Assembly: GCA_965603075.1 (NCBI GenBank)
Contig: CBFDBO010000008.1
Location: forward strand, 9,098-73,097
Direction of reading: 5' to 3'
DNA from: an uncultured Rhodospirillales bacterium
GTDB lineage: Bacteria; Pseudomonadota; Alphaproteobacteria; Rhodospirillales; Casp-alpha2
DNA: 64,000 nucleotides
Numbering within the stretch: position 1 is the stretch's first letter; every line of letters starts with the position of its first letter. Below the pieces are notes generated by a model that was given only the letters and a program-made list of their open reading frames with translations, was not told the DNA's origin and ran no database searches. Positions 49,971 to 58,647 of the stretch are shown here, in pieces. A program made the translations under genes and the position numbers.

Positions 49971-50111
49971 TATTTAGGTTGGTTGCCTATAGGGACATTT
50001 AAAAACTCCTTATGGATGAACTGACAATCTTTGTATGTAAATTATATATGTAATTTATATATGTGAATTCAGATGGTTAAGTCATCTGATTCAAATAATT
50101 GAAGGCTGAGA

Positions 50112-50600
50112 ATGGCTCTTGCGACCAGACCCGTAGCGACATCGGTTTCACCGACCATGACCGCCAGTAGACCTGCGTCTACGGCGCGCGGAGGCTCGCT
50201 TGCGGGGGCGGTTAACCCTGTTGATAATACGACGCCTATAAATTTATCAGAAGAAACATTCGCACCCATCGTCAATACGAGAGATCATGATGGAAGGCCT
50301 GACAACGGTGACGACACAGATAGACGCAACAACCAAAACGAACGCAGAGGCGGTAATAGTCGTCAGGATACTGCCGTTTTGCCCTCTACTGGAATTGTAG
50401 ATACCCCGTCAGAAACATTTGCAAAAATTCTTGAAGCCCGTGATGAACCAGCATTTCAAACGACGAGTTCTAATGATTTAGAAATATCTGGCTTCACTTT
50501 AAATCTTATCAATCAAGCTGTTTCATTGTATGAATCGCGCGTTAATATCTTAACATATTCTCAAAACATTCGCGGCGAGACCATCAGCCTTACCCTTTAA
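50112..50600 (+). CDS. hypothetical protein (disordered, polar N-terminal two thirds)
   Basis: 162 aa with no recognisable family. A perfect 9-bp hairpin (50643-50664) follows it. Confidence 0.5.
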   Translation: MALATRPVATSVSPTMTASRPASTARGGSLAGAVNPVDNTTPINLSEETFAPIVNTRDHDGRPDNGDDTDRRNNQNERRGGNSRQDTAVLPSTGIVDTPSETFAKILEARDEPAFQTTSSNDLEISGFTLNLINQAVSLYESRVNILTYSQNIRGETISLTL

Positions 50601-50720
50601 AGTCTCCTAATTTAAGCCTCTCAATAAATCTATGTTTTCTTGCGCTGTGATCATCATCACAGCGACAAAAGACAAAGGCCTTTATAAATTAAATACTGAA
50701 CTTTTAATTTGAGGCTTTTT

Positions 50721-51053
50721 ATGTCCATCAATGCGATCTTACCCATTGCTACAAACAGCTTGCGCACTAACGCCAGAGTGATTGCTGATGCGTCGAGTAA
50801 AATTGTTGAGCAATCAGTCTTGAGAAAACCTGCTGATACAGAAAATGTTCTCGCAGATCGATCTGACGCTCATCCTGTTAGCGGGCTCTTTAATAATCAG
50901 GCCAGTATTATGGGTCATGAGAGTTTCTCAGATCAGGACCTCCTAACACAGACGATCCGCATTAAACATGCAGAAGTCGCCTACAAGGCCAGTGCTTCTT
51001 TAATTAGAACCGCCGATGAAATGTCCGAAGTCTTACTGGAAGCTATTTCCTAA
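50721..51053 (+). CDS. hypothetical small protein with flagellar rod-like N- and C-terminal helices
   Basis: ATG 50721 with GAGG 6 nt upstream. The C-terminus DLLTQTIRIKHAEVAYKASASLIRTADEMSEVLLE resembles the rod/hook C-terminal pattern. Confidence 0.4.
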   Translation: MSINAILPIATNSLRTNARVIADASSKIVEQSVLRKPADTENVLADRSDAHPVSGLFNNQASIMGHESFSDQDLLTQTIRIKHAEVAYKASASLIRTADEMSEVLLEAIS

Positions 51054-51159
51054 TTCTTCATATATTTAAATTTTTATAATCGACCTTTTTAATTTAAATA
51101 ATGATCGGGTATAATAAATTGTGTCTGATTCATGAATAAAATAAGGTCCTTTGATAATT

Positions 51160-51696
51160 ATGCCCGCTGACGTAAATTCTGCATTCGATATTGCTTTTTG
51201 GTATAGCGAGATGGCCTTGGACGAAAATGTTCCCCTGCAGCCATTAAAGCTTCAACGTTTACTGTTTATTTCACAAGCTTATTACACCGTCGCCTACCCA
51301 AAACGAAAACTTATGCCGGCTATTTTTGTTGCCGACGAGCAGGGTCCTGTTGAGCCAAATGTATATATGGCATTTTCTAATGGCCGCCCCGATATGGATG
51401 TCGAACTTTTCCTCCCCCAAGATGTGGAAGCTTTTTTACGCAGTATTTGGGGACGTTTTTCACAGTATGACATGGCGCGTCTGGATGAAATAACGAATGA
51501 GACATTGGCCTTTAGACAGGCCCATGAGCGTGGCAACAGAAGCGAAATCACCCTTAAATCTATGTGCCAATCTTTTGCTCGAAATGAGACCACCCATGAT
51601 GTGCGCTCTGTCATTAAACCCAAAATAATGCGCACCCAATCGGGAAAACCCGTTGTTGTTAAGGCTTGGAACCCGGCAGCAAAAAACGCCAACTAA
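51160..51696 (+). CDS. Panacea (DUF4065) domain protein, SocA/PanA antitoxin-like
   Basis: LQPLKLQRLLFISQAYYTV...IFVADEQGPVEPNVYMAF matches the DUF4065 pattern kLqKLlY.aq......l....f.Aw..GPV.p.vy. TATAAT-like boxes lie upstream. Confidence 0.68.
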   Translation: MPADVNSAFDIAFWYSEMALDENVPLQPLKLQRLLFISQAYYTVAYPKRKLMPAIFVADEQGPVEPNVYMAFSNGRPDMDVELFLPQDVEAFLRSIWGRFSQYDMARLDEITNETLAFRQAHERGNRSEITLKSMCQSFARNETTHDVRSVIKPKIMRTQSGKPVVVKAWNPAAKNAN

Positions 51697-51894
51697 AAAA
51701 GCAATACGACTATTTATAGAGATTCTATATCCCTAACGGATAAATTTACAACAGCGAGCAAGCATACTAAAAAATGGTTGTGATAGGGCTGAACGCCTTA
51801 ATTCTAATGCGGCTAGGACGTGTGCCGTTGATGATTTACTAGAAAACCCGACTGTTGGACGTTTTTTCCTCAGCGGTCAAGAGAGGCATACAAA

Positions 51895-52656
51895 ATGTTC
51901 GATTTAAACGGTAAAACAACCATCGTCACGGGCGCAGGACGCGGTCTTGGGGCTTCCATTGCCCTGGGATTTGGCGCTGCGGGTGCCAATGTTGTCTGTG
52001 CGGCGCGCACGTTAAGGGAAATTGAGCAAACCGCTGAGGCTATTATTGACAAGGGCGGTAATGCCATTGCAATCGAGCTCGATGCCACGAATCGAGACAG
52101 TTGTTCCGCTTTAATGCAGCAGACCTTAAATCACTATGGCACGTTGAATTCAATTGCTATTAATCACGGAATTTCGGATGTTCAGCCAGCTGAAGACATT
52201 ACTGAACACGCTTGGGACAAAACCATTTCCATCAATCTGACAGGCTGTTTCAATTGCGCACAGGCCGCTGGGCGCGTCATGATTGAACAAGGGCAGGGCG
52301 GCTCAATAATCCTAACGTCATCGAATGCGTCTCTGGTTGGTTTTAAAGGTTTAACCAGTTACGGCGCGAGCAAAGGCGGGGTCGATCAATTAGCGAGACA
52401 ATTGGCCGTTGATTGGGGAGAATATAACATTCGGGTTAATACTATAAATCCGGGATATATGAACCACGCCATGCGAGGTGCCGATGATCGGTATTATACC
52501 GATGATCTCAATGAACACATTGAGAGTTCGACCCCCATGAAAAGACGGGGCGAGCCCGAAGAATTAATCGGACCCGCTATATTTCTGGCATCAGATGCCT
52601 CGTCTTTTATCACCGGCCACGTTATGCCCGTTGATGGCGGCTATTCGATCTATTAA
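51895..52656 (+). CDS. SDR family oxidoreductase (FabG/glucose dehydrogenase-like)
   Basis: TGAGRGLG cofactor motif, NHGI, and YGASKGG (YxxxK). Confidence 0.87.
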   Translation: MFDLNGKTTIVTGAGRGLGASIALGFGAAGANVVCAARTLREIEQTAEAIIDKGGNAIAIELDATNRDSCSALMQQTLNHYGTLNSIAINHGISDVQPAEDITEHAWDKTISINLTGCFNCAQAAGRVMIEQGQGGSIILTSSNASLVGFKGLTSYGASKGGVDQLARQLAVDWGEYNIRVNTINPGYMNHAMRGADDRYYTDDLNEHIESSTPMKRRGEPEELIGPAIFLASDASSFITGHVMPVDGGYSIY

Positions 52657-52740
52657 TGATCAAAGAGCGTTCATAGGCTGATAAGATATCGATAAAAATA
52701 TTTGATCACTATCAAATTGAGTAGAATAGATAAATGTTAA

Positions 52741-53247
52741 ATGAAGACGTACTTTAAAATGCAGGCCGTATATCGATTCTGTAAATTCACCTTAGGAATA
52801 ATGATCTGTCTTATCACTTTATTTGATAATGTAAGTATTTTGAATGCGCAGGAGGCTGTTTCCGTTGAAGCGCTGACAATTTTAACGCAAAACCGTCGTA
52901 TAAATATATCCGTAGAAATCGCTGATACAGATGAGGAGCGCGAGGTTGGATTGATGTTCCGAAAGTCTTTGCCACCCTATAGCGGAATGTTATTTAATTA
53001 TGAAAAACCTAAGAAAGTCGCCATGTGGATGAAAAACACTTTCATTTCTCTCGACATTCTTTTTATAGACAAAAACGGTATCATCTTAAACATAGCTCAA
53101 AATACAGTCCCACAATCTCTCACGTCAATTCCTTCCCATGGGGCCGCCCTTGGGGTATTGGAAGTGAAAGCCGGAACAACAAAGGCATTAATGATAGCCC
53201 CGGGCGATCAAGTCATTCATGAATTATTTCAAAATGTTATAGAATAA
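52741..53247 (+). CDS. DUF192 domain-containing protein
   Basis: GLMFR...GMLF....MWMKNTFISLDILFID pattern typical of DUF192, plus an N-terminal signal/anchor. Confidence 0.75.
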   Translation: MKTYFKMQAVYRFCKFTLGIMICLITLFDNVSILNAQEAVSVEALTILTQNRRINISVEIADTDEEREVGLMFRKSLPPYSGMLFNYEKPKKVAMWMKNTFISLDILFIDKNGIILNIAQNTVPQSLTSIPSHGAALGVLEVKAGTTKALMIAPGDQVIHELFQNVIE

Positions 53248-53296
53248 AAGGGTAAATAGGGCGGTTATTATCAACTTTTGAAAAAACTATTTTAAA

Positions 53297-53331
53297 TGTG
53301 CTTTTTTAAATCTTGCTAAGGTGAGCAGAAA
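53297..53331 (+). repeat. left copy of a 34/35-bp direct repeat
   Basis: TGTGCTTTTTTAAATCTTGCTAAGGTGAGCAGAAA compared with 56473-56506 differs by one substitution plus one single-base indel. Confidence 0.85.
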
Positions 53332-53408
53332 TATTGCGTGGCACACAAAGATAGCGTGCACCCCCCAGATAACATTGTTTAACGCTCAGAGCTGAGACAA
53401 CCGTGATC

Positions 53409-54542
53409 TTACTCCTCAACAGGAAGCCCCATTACTTTGGCGTACTGCAACTGGAACTCGTGCACACCCTGTTCGCTTTCACCTCCCGACTCGGCGTCCA
53501 TGACAAATCGCCCTTGTCTATACCCTTTAGATTTCAGGCCCTGTTGAACCGCATCGCAGATACTTGCGTCTTCAGGCCATAAGACGTTCCACATGTAATT
53601 CGTACATTCAGCACCGATACCAACGCCGGTAACCGCCGCGTTAATTGAACCCATGCGCATGGTCTGCGGACCTGACGGGTAATAACGAAAGGAGGAAAAA
53701 TTTTTTTCCCCCGGTGATATACCGATCTCGTTATTGGGCCACAGATGCCAGAACAATGCCTTCTGAACGGGCTCGGTGGGCGATACAGTGTAGGCTGCGT
53801 TATCAAGTTTGTTGACGGGGGCCTGATTTAGGAACCAGCCATCATGGTACTCACGCTTATACTTCTTCATGTCCACCAGATCGACAAATGCCGGATGGGC
53901 CGGGGCGCAGTGATAACATTCACGGCAGTTCTCAGCGAGAACCTTCCAGTTTGAAGCGTGATCATCCTGGCCGTCACTGTCCGATCTGGAATGAAAGCTC
54001 AGCTCCGGCCACCAAGGCACATGTTCGTTTACGCTATCCACAAACCCGGGCCACGTTTCCTCTATGGTGCTGGCTTCCGGGTCCTGATTAACAAAAACAA
54101 AGCCACAGGCTACTTCCAGGCGAATTTCGCGCAGGCTGAATGCCGATGGGTCGAAGTCGGGCAGGGTTTTCGTATACCGTGACGCCTTGAGCGCGCCCGA
54201 TTTTGTATAAGTCCAGGCGTGGTAGGGACAGATAATGGCATTTTTGACATTGCCCGTACCCGTCAACAGTGTATGGGCCCGGTGCTGACAGACATTATAG
54301 AAAGCGCGCAAGACACCATCATCATCGCGAATAACGAAAATTTTTTCCTCAGCAATTTCTGCCGTGACATAGTCACCTGAGTTGGCCAGTTCGCCCTCAT
54401 GGGCAACAACCTGCCACACGCGATCGAAAATCAACGTTTTCTCTTGCTCATAAACTTCGGGAGAATGGTAGATATATCCCGGCAACGTACGCGACCGGCT
54501 GCCGTCTTTTCTCAACGGCTTGAATTCAGAAATGGATGTCAT
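53409..54542 (-). CDS. Rieske (2Fe-2S) non-haem iron oxygenase alpha subunit, CntA/GbcA-like
   Basis: Rieske motif CQHRAH...CPYHAW and iron site NCRECYHCAPAHP. 377 aa. No reductase or beta subunit is adjacent. Confidence 0.82.
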   Translation of the reverse strand: MTSISEFKPLRKDGSRSRTLPGYIYHSPEVYEQEKTLIFDRVWQVVAHEGELANSGDYVTAEIAEEKIFVIRDDDGVLRAFYNVCQHRAHTLLTGTGNVKNAIICPYHAWTYTKSGALKASRYTKTLPDFDPSAFSLREIRLEVACGFVFVNQDPEASTIEETWPGFVDSVNEHVPWWPELSFHSRSDSDGQDDHASNWKVLAENCRECYHCAPAHPAFVDLVDMKKYKREYHDGWFLNQAPVNKLDNAAYTVSPTEPVQKALFWHLWPNNEIGISPGEKNFSSFRYYPSGPQTMRMGSINAAVTGVGIGAECTNYMWNVLWPEDASICDAVQQGLKSKGYRQGRFVMDAESGGESEQGVHEFQLQYAKVMGLPVEE

Positions 54543-54681
54543 GATTGCTAAAACCTTGGATGATTGTGTGGAGAAATTTTGCGCTATTCTGTAACGGAAT
54601 CGTTATTCTTTCCGGGGATAATTCGAACTCTCACGGTTCCATTAATGATGCACTAATCTAGGATTGGGGGATCGATCCGGG

Positions 54682-55116
54682 TCACGAGAATCTCTGTTTT
54701 ATGCCGGATGGCGCGGTCATCACGTAAAAGTACTTCCCCGGTGTATCTCCGGTATTCTTTACCTTGTATTTCCATCCAGTGGGGTAGTAGGCGCAGTCTC
54801 CGGCGACGAGGGTGCGTGAGTGATCTAGGTTAGCAGCATCCTTCCCCCACCAAAGCGTGAATTCACCCTCAAGGATGTAATAAAACTCATCAACCGGGCC
54901 ATAGTGGTGCAGAGCCGTGCCATCATCTTCATTCTCAAGCCCGAAAACGCAGGTTTCGTCACCTGGTTCCGTGTGGCTTAGGCCGACACTGCACACATCA
55001 TCAATGTCGTACAGGGGTTTGATGGGAGTGGTAATGTAATGGTCGTCATGGCCGGGCCCGACCATTTTGACATCCTTTTCATTGGTGAACTGTGGCTCGA
55101 TAAACTTTGCACACAT
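54682..55116 (-). CDS. cupin domain protein
   Basis: 144 aa from ATG 55116 with AGGAAA upstream. Cupin-like HHYGPVDEFYYILEG...CAYYP motifs. The ORF-track start at 55266 has no support. Confidence 0.68.
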   Translation of the reverse strand: MCAKFIEPQFTNEKDVKMVGPGHDDHYITTPIKPLYDIDDVCSVGLSHTEPGDETCVFGLENEDDGTALHHYGPVDEFYYILEGEFTLWWGKDAANLDHSRTLVAGDCAYYPTGWKYKVKNTGDTPGKYFYVMTAPSGIKQRFS

Positions 55117-55348
55117 ATCGCGTTTCCTTTTTGATAATATTGAAAGTGCTAGGAACTCCCTAGTGTATTTAGAGCTTAAATAAGGTATCAAAAAAAATTC
55201 TACTGGGCATAGTATAGGTAATCGGGTGATTGAAGCCAATGTCCGGTTTTGGCTAAAAGCAGACATTCTTAGAGTATAGCAAAAGAGTTAGATGTGTAGC
55301 GGAAAACACACAGGAAACGGCGCGCAGCCCGCCTCACCAAGGTCAGCT

Positions 55349-56206
55349 TTATGGGTTTTTACCACACCCAACCATCACTTCAATCTCGGCTTCATAACCA
55401 TTTTTGCCTTCAAACTGACCAAGACAATCGTGTACATCCGACCATGCCTTTTGCTGTTCGGCTTCACCAAGTTCAGCCGCTACGGCACGGAAGGCGCCAA
55501 AGGCTTGCTGCATCATCTCTAGCGCTTCATCCGCATTAGCAAGGCGTATAGGAGCACGCATAATTTTGGTTTGCACGCCTTCAAGGCCGCAATCATTTAA
55601 TAGGTTTTCCAAAATGCCATCGCCACCCAGAACGAACAGGCCAGGTTGACCTGGTGCGGGCGGGGCTTTGCCCGCATGATCCAACAGAATTTTCATGGGC
55701 TGGGAAAAGTATGGGTTGTTTTGTGGCGTGGTAACAACAACGGCTGAAAAACATGCTCCCGGCTTCAAAACACCACGGATGGATTTAATTGCCTCAGCGG
55801 GTGATGGGAAAAGCATTAACCCAAAGCGGCAAATTGCCGCATCAAACGGTGATAATGTTGCATCGAAACTATCCGCGGAGCTTTCAAGTATCTCGACGTT
55901 AGCCAGTCCTTCACGCTCGGCACTCCGGCGAACATGGTCTAGCATGGTGGTAGAAATGTCAGATGCAACGACAGTGCCTTGCGGGCCAGCGCGCCTTGCA
56001 GCCGTTATTGTTTGGTCGCCAGCACCAGACGCCACATCCAGAACCCTAGATGCGGCCTCAACTCCGGCCATATCCAAAAGTACGTCGGTAACACCTTCAA
56101 GGTGAGCTGAAATAGTTTTTTCCCACTTTGCCCAACCGGGTGCTGCCGCCTCCCACGTATTACGAAGCTGCTCGTTTGCTGATGATTCCACCATAATTCT
56201 CCCCAT
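55349..56206 (-). CDS. class I SAM-dependent methyltransferase
   Basis: Motif I VLDVASGAGDQ. ATG 56194 (GGAGA upstream) is a likely alternative start. Confidence 0.8.
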   Translation of the reverse strand: MGRIMVESSANEQLRNTWEAAAPGWAKWEKTISAHLEGVTDVLLDMAGVEAASRVLDVASGAGDQTITAARRAGPQGTVVASDISTTMLDHVRRSAEREGLANVEILESSADSFDATLSPFDAAICRFGLMLFPSPAEAIKSIRGVLKPGACFSAVVVTTPQNNPYFSQPMKILLDHAGKAPPAPGQPGLFVLGGDGILENLLNDCGLEGVQTKIMRAPIRLANADEALEMMQQAFGAFRAVAAELGEAEQQKAWSDVHDCLGQFEGKNGYEAEIEVMVGCGKNP

Positions 56207-56472
56207 TCCCTTTGCTTAATTTAGAAAGAGTTGAATATTAGCATTTGCCCTTAATGTGTGCCAAGAAAATTTAGAATCTTTTGAAATCACAAGCGGTGAT
56301 TGAACTCGATAGTCCGCTGTTGGCTACGAGCAGACTAAATCAGCAGTCATTGTAAAAACCTTGAGATTATTACCCCATAAGAACGATTGTACTCGCTCTT
56401 TTCTACTCCAGATTTAATGTAGAGGCTTTAGTAGAGGATTTTTTTCCAGAAACTTCCATAAAGTTCACATTT

Positions 56473-56506
56473 TGTGCTTTTTTATGCTTGCTAAGGTGAG
56501 CAGAAA
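56473..56506 (+). repeat. right copy of the 34/35-bp direct repeat; contains the tRNA-Pro -35 region
   Basis: TGTGCTTTTTTATGCTTGCTAAGGTGAGCAGAAA. Confidence 0.85.
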
Positions 56507-56516
56507 ACCTTAATAA
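56488..56516 (+). promoter_or_regulatory. candidate tRNA-Pro promoter
   Basis: TTGCTA (56488-93), 17-nt spacer, TAATAA (56511-16), 10 nt before the mature tRNA 5' end. Confidence 0.4.
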
Positions 56517-56526
56517 AACCACCAGT

Positions 56527-56603
<77 letters not shown>

Positions 56604-56667
56604 ATTGATCTTCACAGTTCGAGAATGTATAATAGACATCTCGAAAACAATCTATGAGCATCATATA

Positions 56668-56967
56668 ATGAGCAACAAAGTCCGCATCTATCGCCCTTCA
56701 AAAAATGTAATGCAATCAGGTCGTGCAAATACACGGGGTTGGGCGCTGCAATTTGAACCATCGAGCTCCAGATCAATTGATCCACTGATGGGTTGGACAG
56801 GTTCAGCAGATGTTCAAAGTATGTTGAGATTGCGGTTCGAAACCAAGGAAGAAGCTATTTCTTACGCTGAACGTAAAGGATTAGAATTCCGCGTTGATGA
56901 ACCGAAAGAACGAAAAATCCAGATAAGGAATTATTCTGATAATTTTTCACCCAATAGACTTTCCTAA
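56668..56967 (+). CDS. ETC complex I subunit conserved-region protein (NDUFS4-like)
   Basis: 99 aa. IYRPSKNVMQSGRANT..W.L.FEP.....IDPLMGWT.S.D and the NYSDNF end are typical of the family. The longer ORF-track start overlaps tRNA-Pro and is rejected. Confidence 0.8.
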   Translation: MSNKVRIYRPSKNVMQSGRANTRGWALQFEPSSSRSIDPLMGWTGSADVQSMLRLRFETKEEAISYAERKGLEFRVDEPKERKIQIRNYSDNFSPNRLS

Positions 56968-56996
56968 GAAAATCACGAATAATTACATTGTAACGG

Positions 56997-57073
<77 letters not shown>

Positions 57074-57112
57074 TTTCTCTTAACGTCGGATTGGCTTATC
57101 TTGGTCTAAGAA

Positions 57113-57147
57113 AGAATCGCGTTACGCATGAGCGCGCCATTCTTTTT
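57113..57147. terminator. hairpin terminator after tRNA-Arg (also follows the convergent HD-GYP gene)
   Basis: AGAATCGCG...CGCGCCATTCT stem with a bulge, followed by TTTTT. Confidence 0.55.
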
Positions 57148-57149
57148 AT

Positions 57150-58256
57150 TTATAAACTTGCTCCATCGAGCAACATTTCACGAAATACAGCCAAAAATTT
57201 CTGATCAAGCTGGGTATTCATATTTATCATGATCTTAAGGGCTTGTTCTGGTGGTACGGGGTCTTTGTATACCCGCCTGTCGGTAATCGCACTGAAGATA
57301 TCAATAATGGATGCCATGCGGGCAAGCTCGTTCATCTTTCCCCCCTCAATGCCATTAGGATAACCACTACCGTCGACTTTTTCGTGGTGCTGTCCGGCGA
57401 CAATCATAACGCCTTTGGGAAGATCAGAGGTTTCTTTTAAGAAATCGACAGAACAACATACATGGGATTTCATAATAGTATATTCTTCTTCGGTAAGTTT
57501 ACCGGGCTTGTTCAGAACTTCGTGGGGAATATGCATTTTTCCAACATCGTGCAGCAAGCCCCCCGTAGAGAGGGTCATCAGTTCATCACCTTTGATGCCT
57601 AAGACGTTACCAAACAGACTCAAGAACGTTGCTACTCTTAGAGAGTGCACATAGGTATAGTTATCATGATCCGATACGCCAGCGAGGATTTCCTTATAAT
57701 TATTATTTTGAACAGCCTCAATTAAAGGGGCGCAACTGTCTCGTACGCTATCATAGGGGATGGGTTCACCATCATGAATAAGATCAGCGATAGAGTTGAA
57801 CGAGCTTAGGGTGTTTTTTAATGCTTTTTTCTGTGTCGGCTCAATGTCGTCCCACTTCGCTTCGATTGAGGCGTTTACACTGCTTGAAAGAGCGGTGATG
57901 AATGTAGAACGGCTAAAGGGTCTTTCAACTAAAAATACTTTATCATAAGACGTCGCTTCAGCAATTATTTCTATGCTTTTTGGTTTAGCTGTAAATACAA
58001 TTGGTATGTTAGCAAGCTCCGGCGTTTTTCTGATTTTAGCAATCAAAGAAGCACCGCCAAAGGGGGGAAGGATTTCATCAATAATTATGGCCGTTGGCAG
58101 TCTGATCACCATACGTTCAGAAATCTCTGATTCGCTTTCAAATAACTCAAACGAATAGAAAGACTTCAAGTTCAGAGCAATTTCATTTCTCTGAACCGAC
58201 GTCCCGCCAACAATATATGTCAACGTTTTCTTTACGCTATCCTCAAGACCTAACAA
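57150..58256 (-). CDS. HD-GYP domain protein with an atypical N-terminal receiver-like domain
   Basis: HDVGK and HHEKVDGSGYPNG motifs. The REC-like N-terminus keeps the central Asp (AIIIDE) but has GG instead of the acidic pair and R instead of the conserved K. TTG start. Confidence 0.82.
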   Translation of the reverse strand: MLGLEDSVKKTLTYIVGGTSVQRNEIALNLKSFYSFELFESESEISERMVIRLPTAIIIDEILPPFGGASLIAKIRKTPELANIPIVFTAKPKSIEIIAEATSYDKVFLVERPFSRSTFITALSSSVNASIEAKWDDIEPTQKKALKNTLSSFNSIADLIHDGEPIPYDSVRDSCAPLIEAVQNNNYKEILAGVSDHDNYTYVHSLRVATFLSLFGNVLGIKGDELMTLSTGGLLHDVGKMHIPHEVLNKPGKLTEEEYTIMKSHVCCSVDFLKETSDLPKGVMIVAGQHHEKVDGSGYPNGIEGGKMNELARMASIIDIFSAITDRRVYKDPVPPEQALKIMINMNTQLDQKFLAVFREMLLDGASL

Positions 58257-58647
58257 TTAATTTTTTCCAATGCAAAATTAATATTTCAATATATATATTT
58301 ATATCTATTCTATAATAATAACTCGATATTAAAAGAAAAAATAATCAATTTATTAAAAAAATTAATAAACAGTAAACTGAACATAATTATTGTATGTGTA
58401 TGTATAATTAACAAAATAAGCAATTAAGTATTATAAAATTTATTGTTAACGTTAATAACAGCACAAATAAACCATAATTTTATTTAGTTTAGTTGTAATA
58501 AATATTGTTTAATTGGATTTTATGAAATTAATATCAAGAAAACATTCAACTATCTTAGTTATATTTTTAGCCTCACCAGCAAGGTTGTCCGTTATTGCTA
58601 AACGCTAGAGAGTATAGGTCAATATAATCAACCAGTTGTTTTATTTC

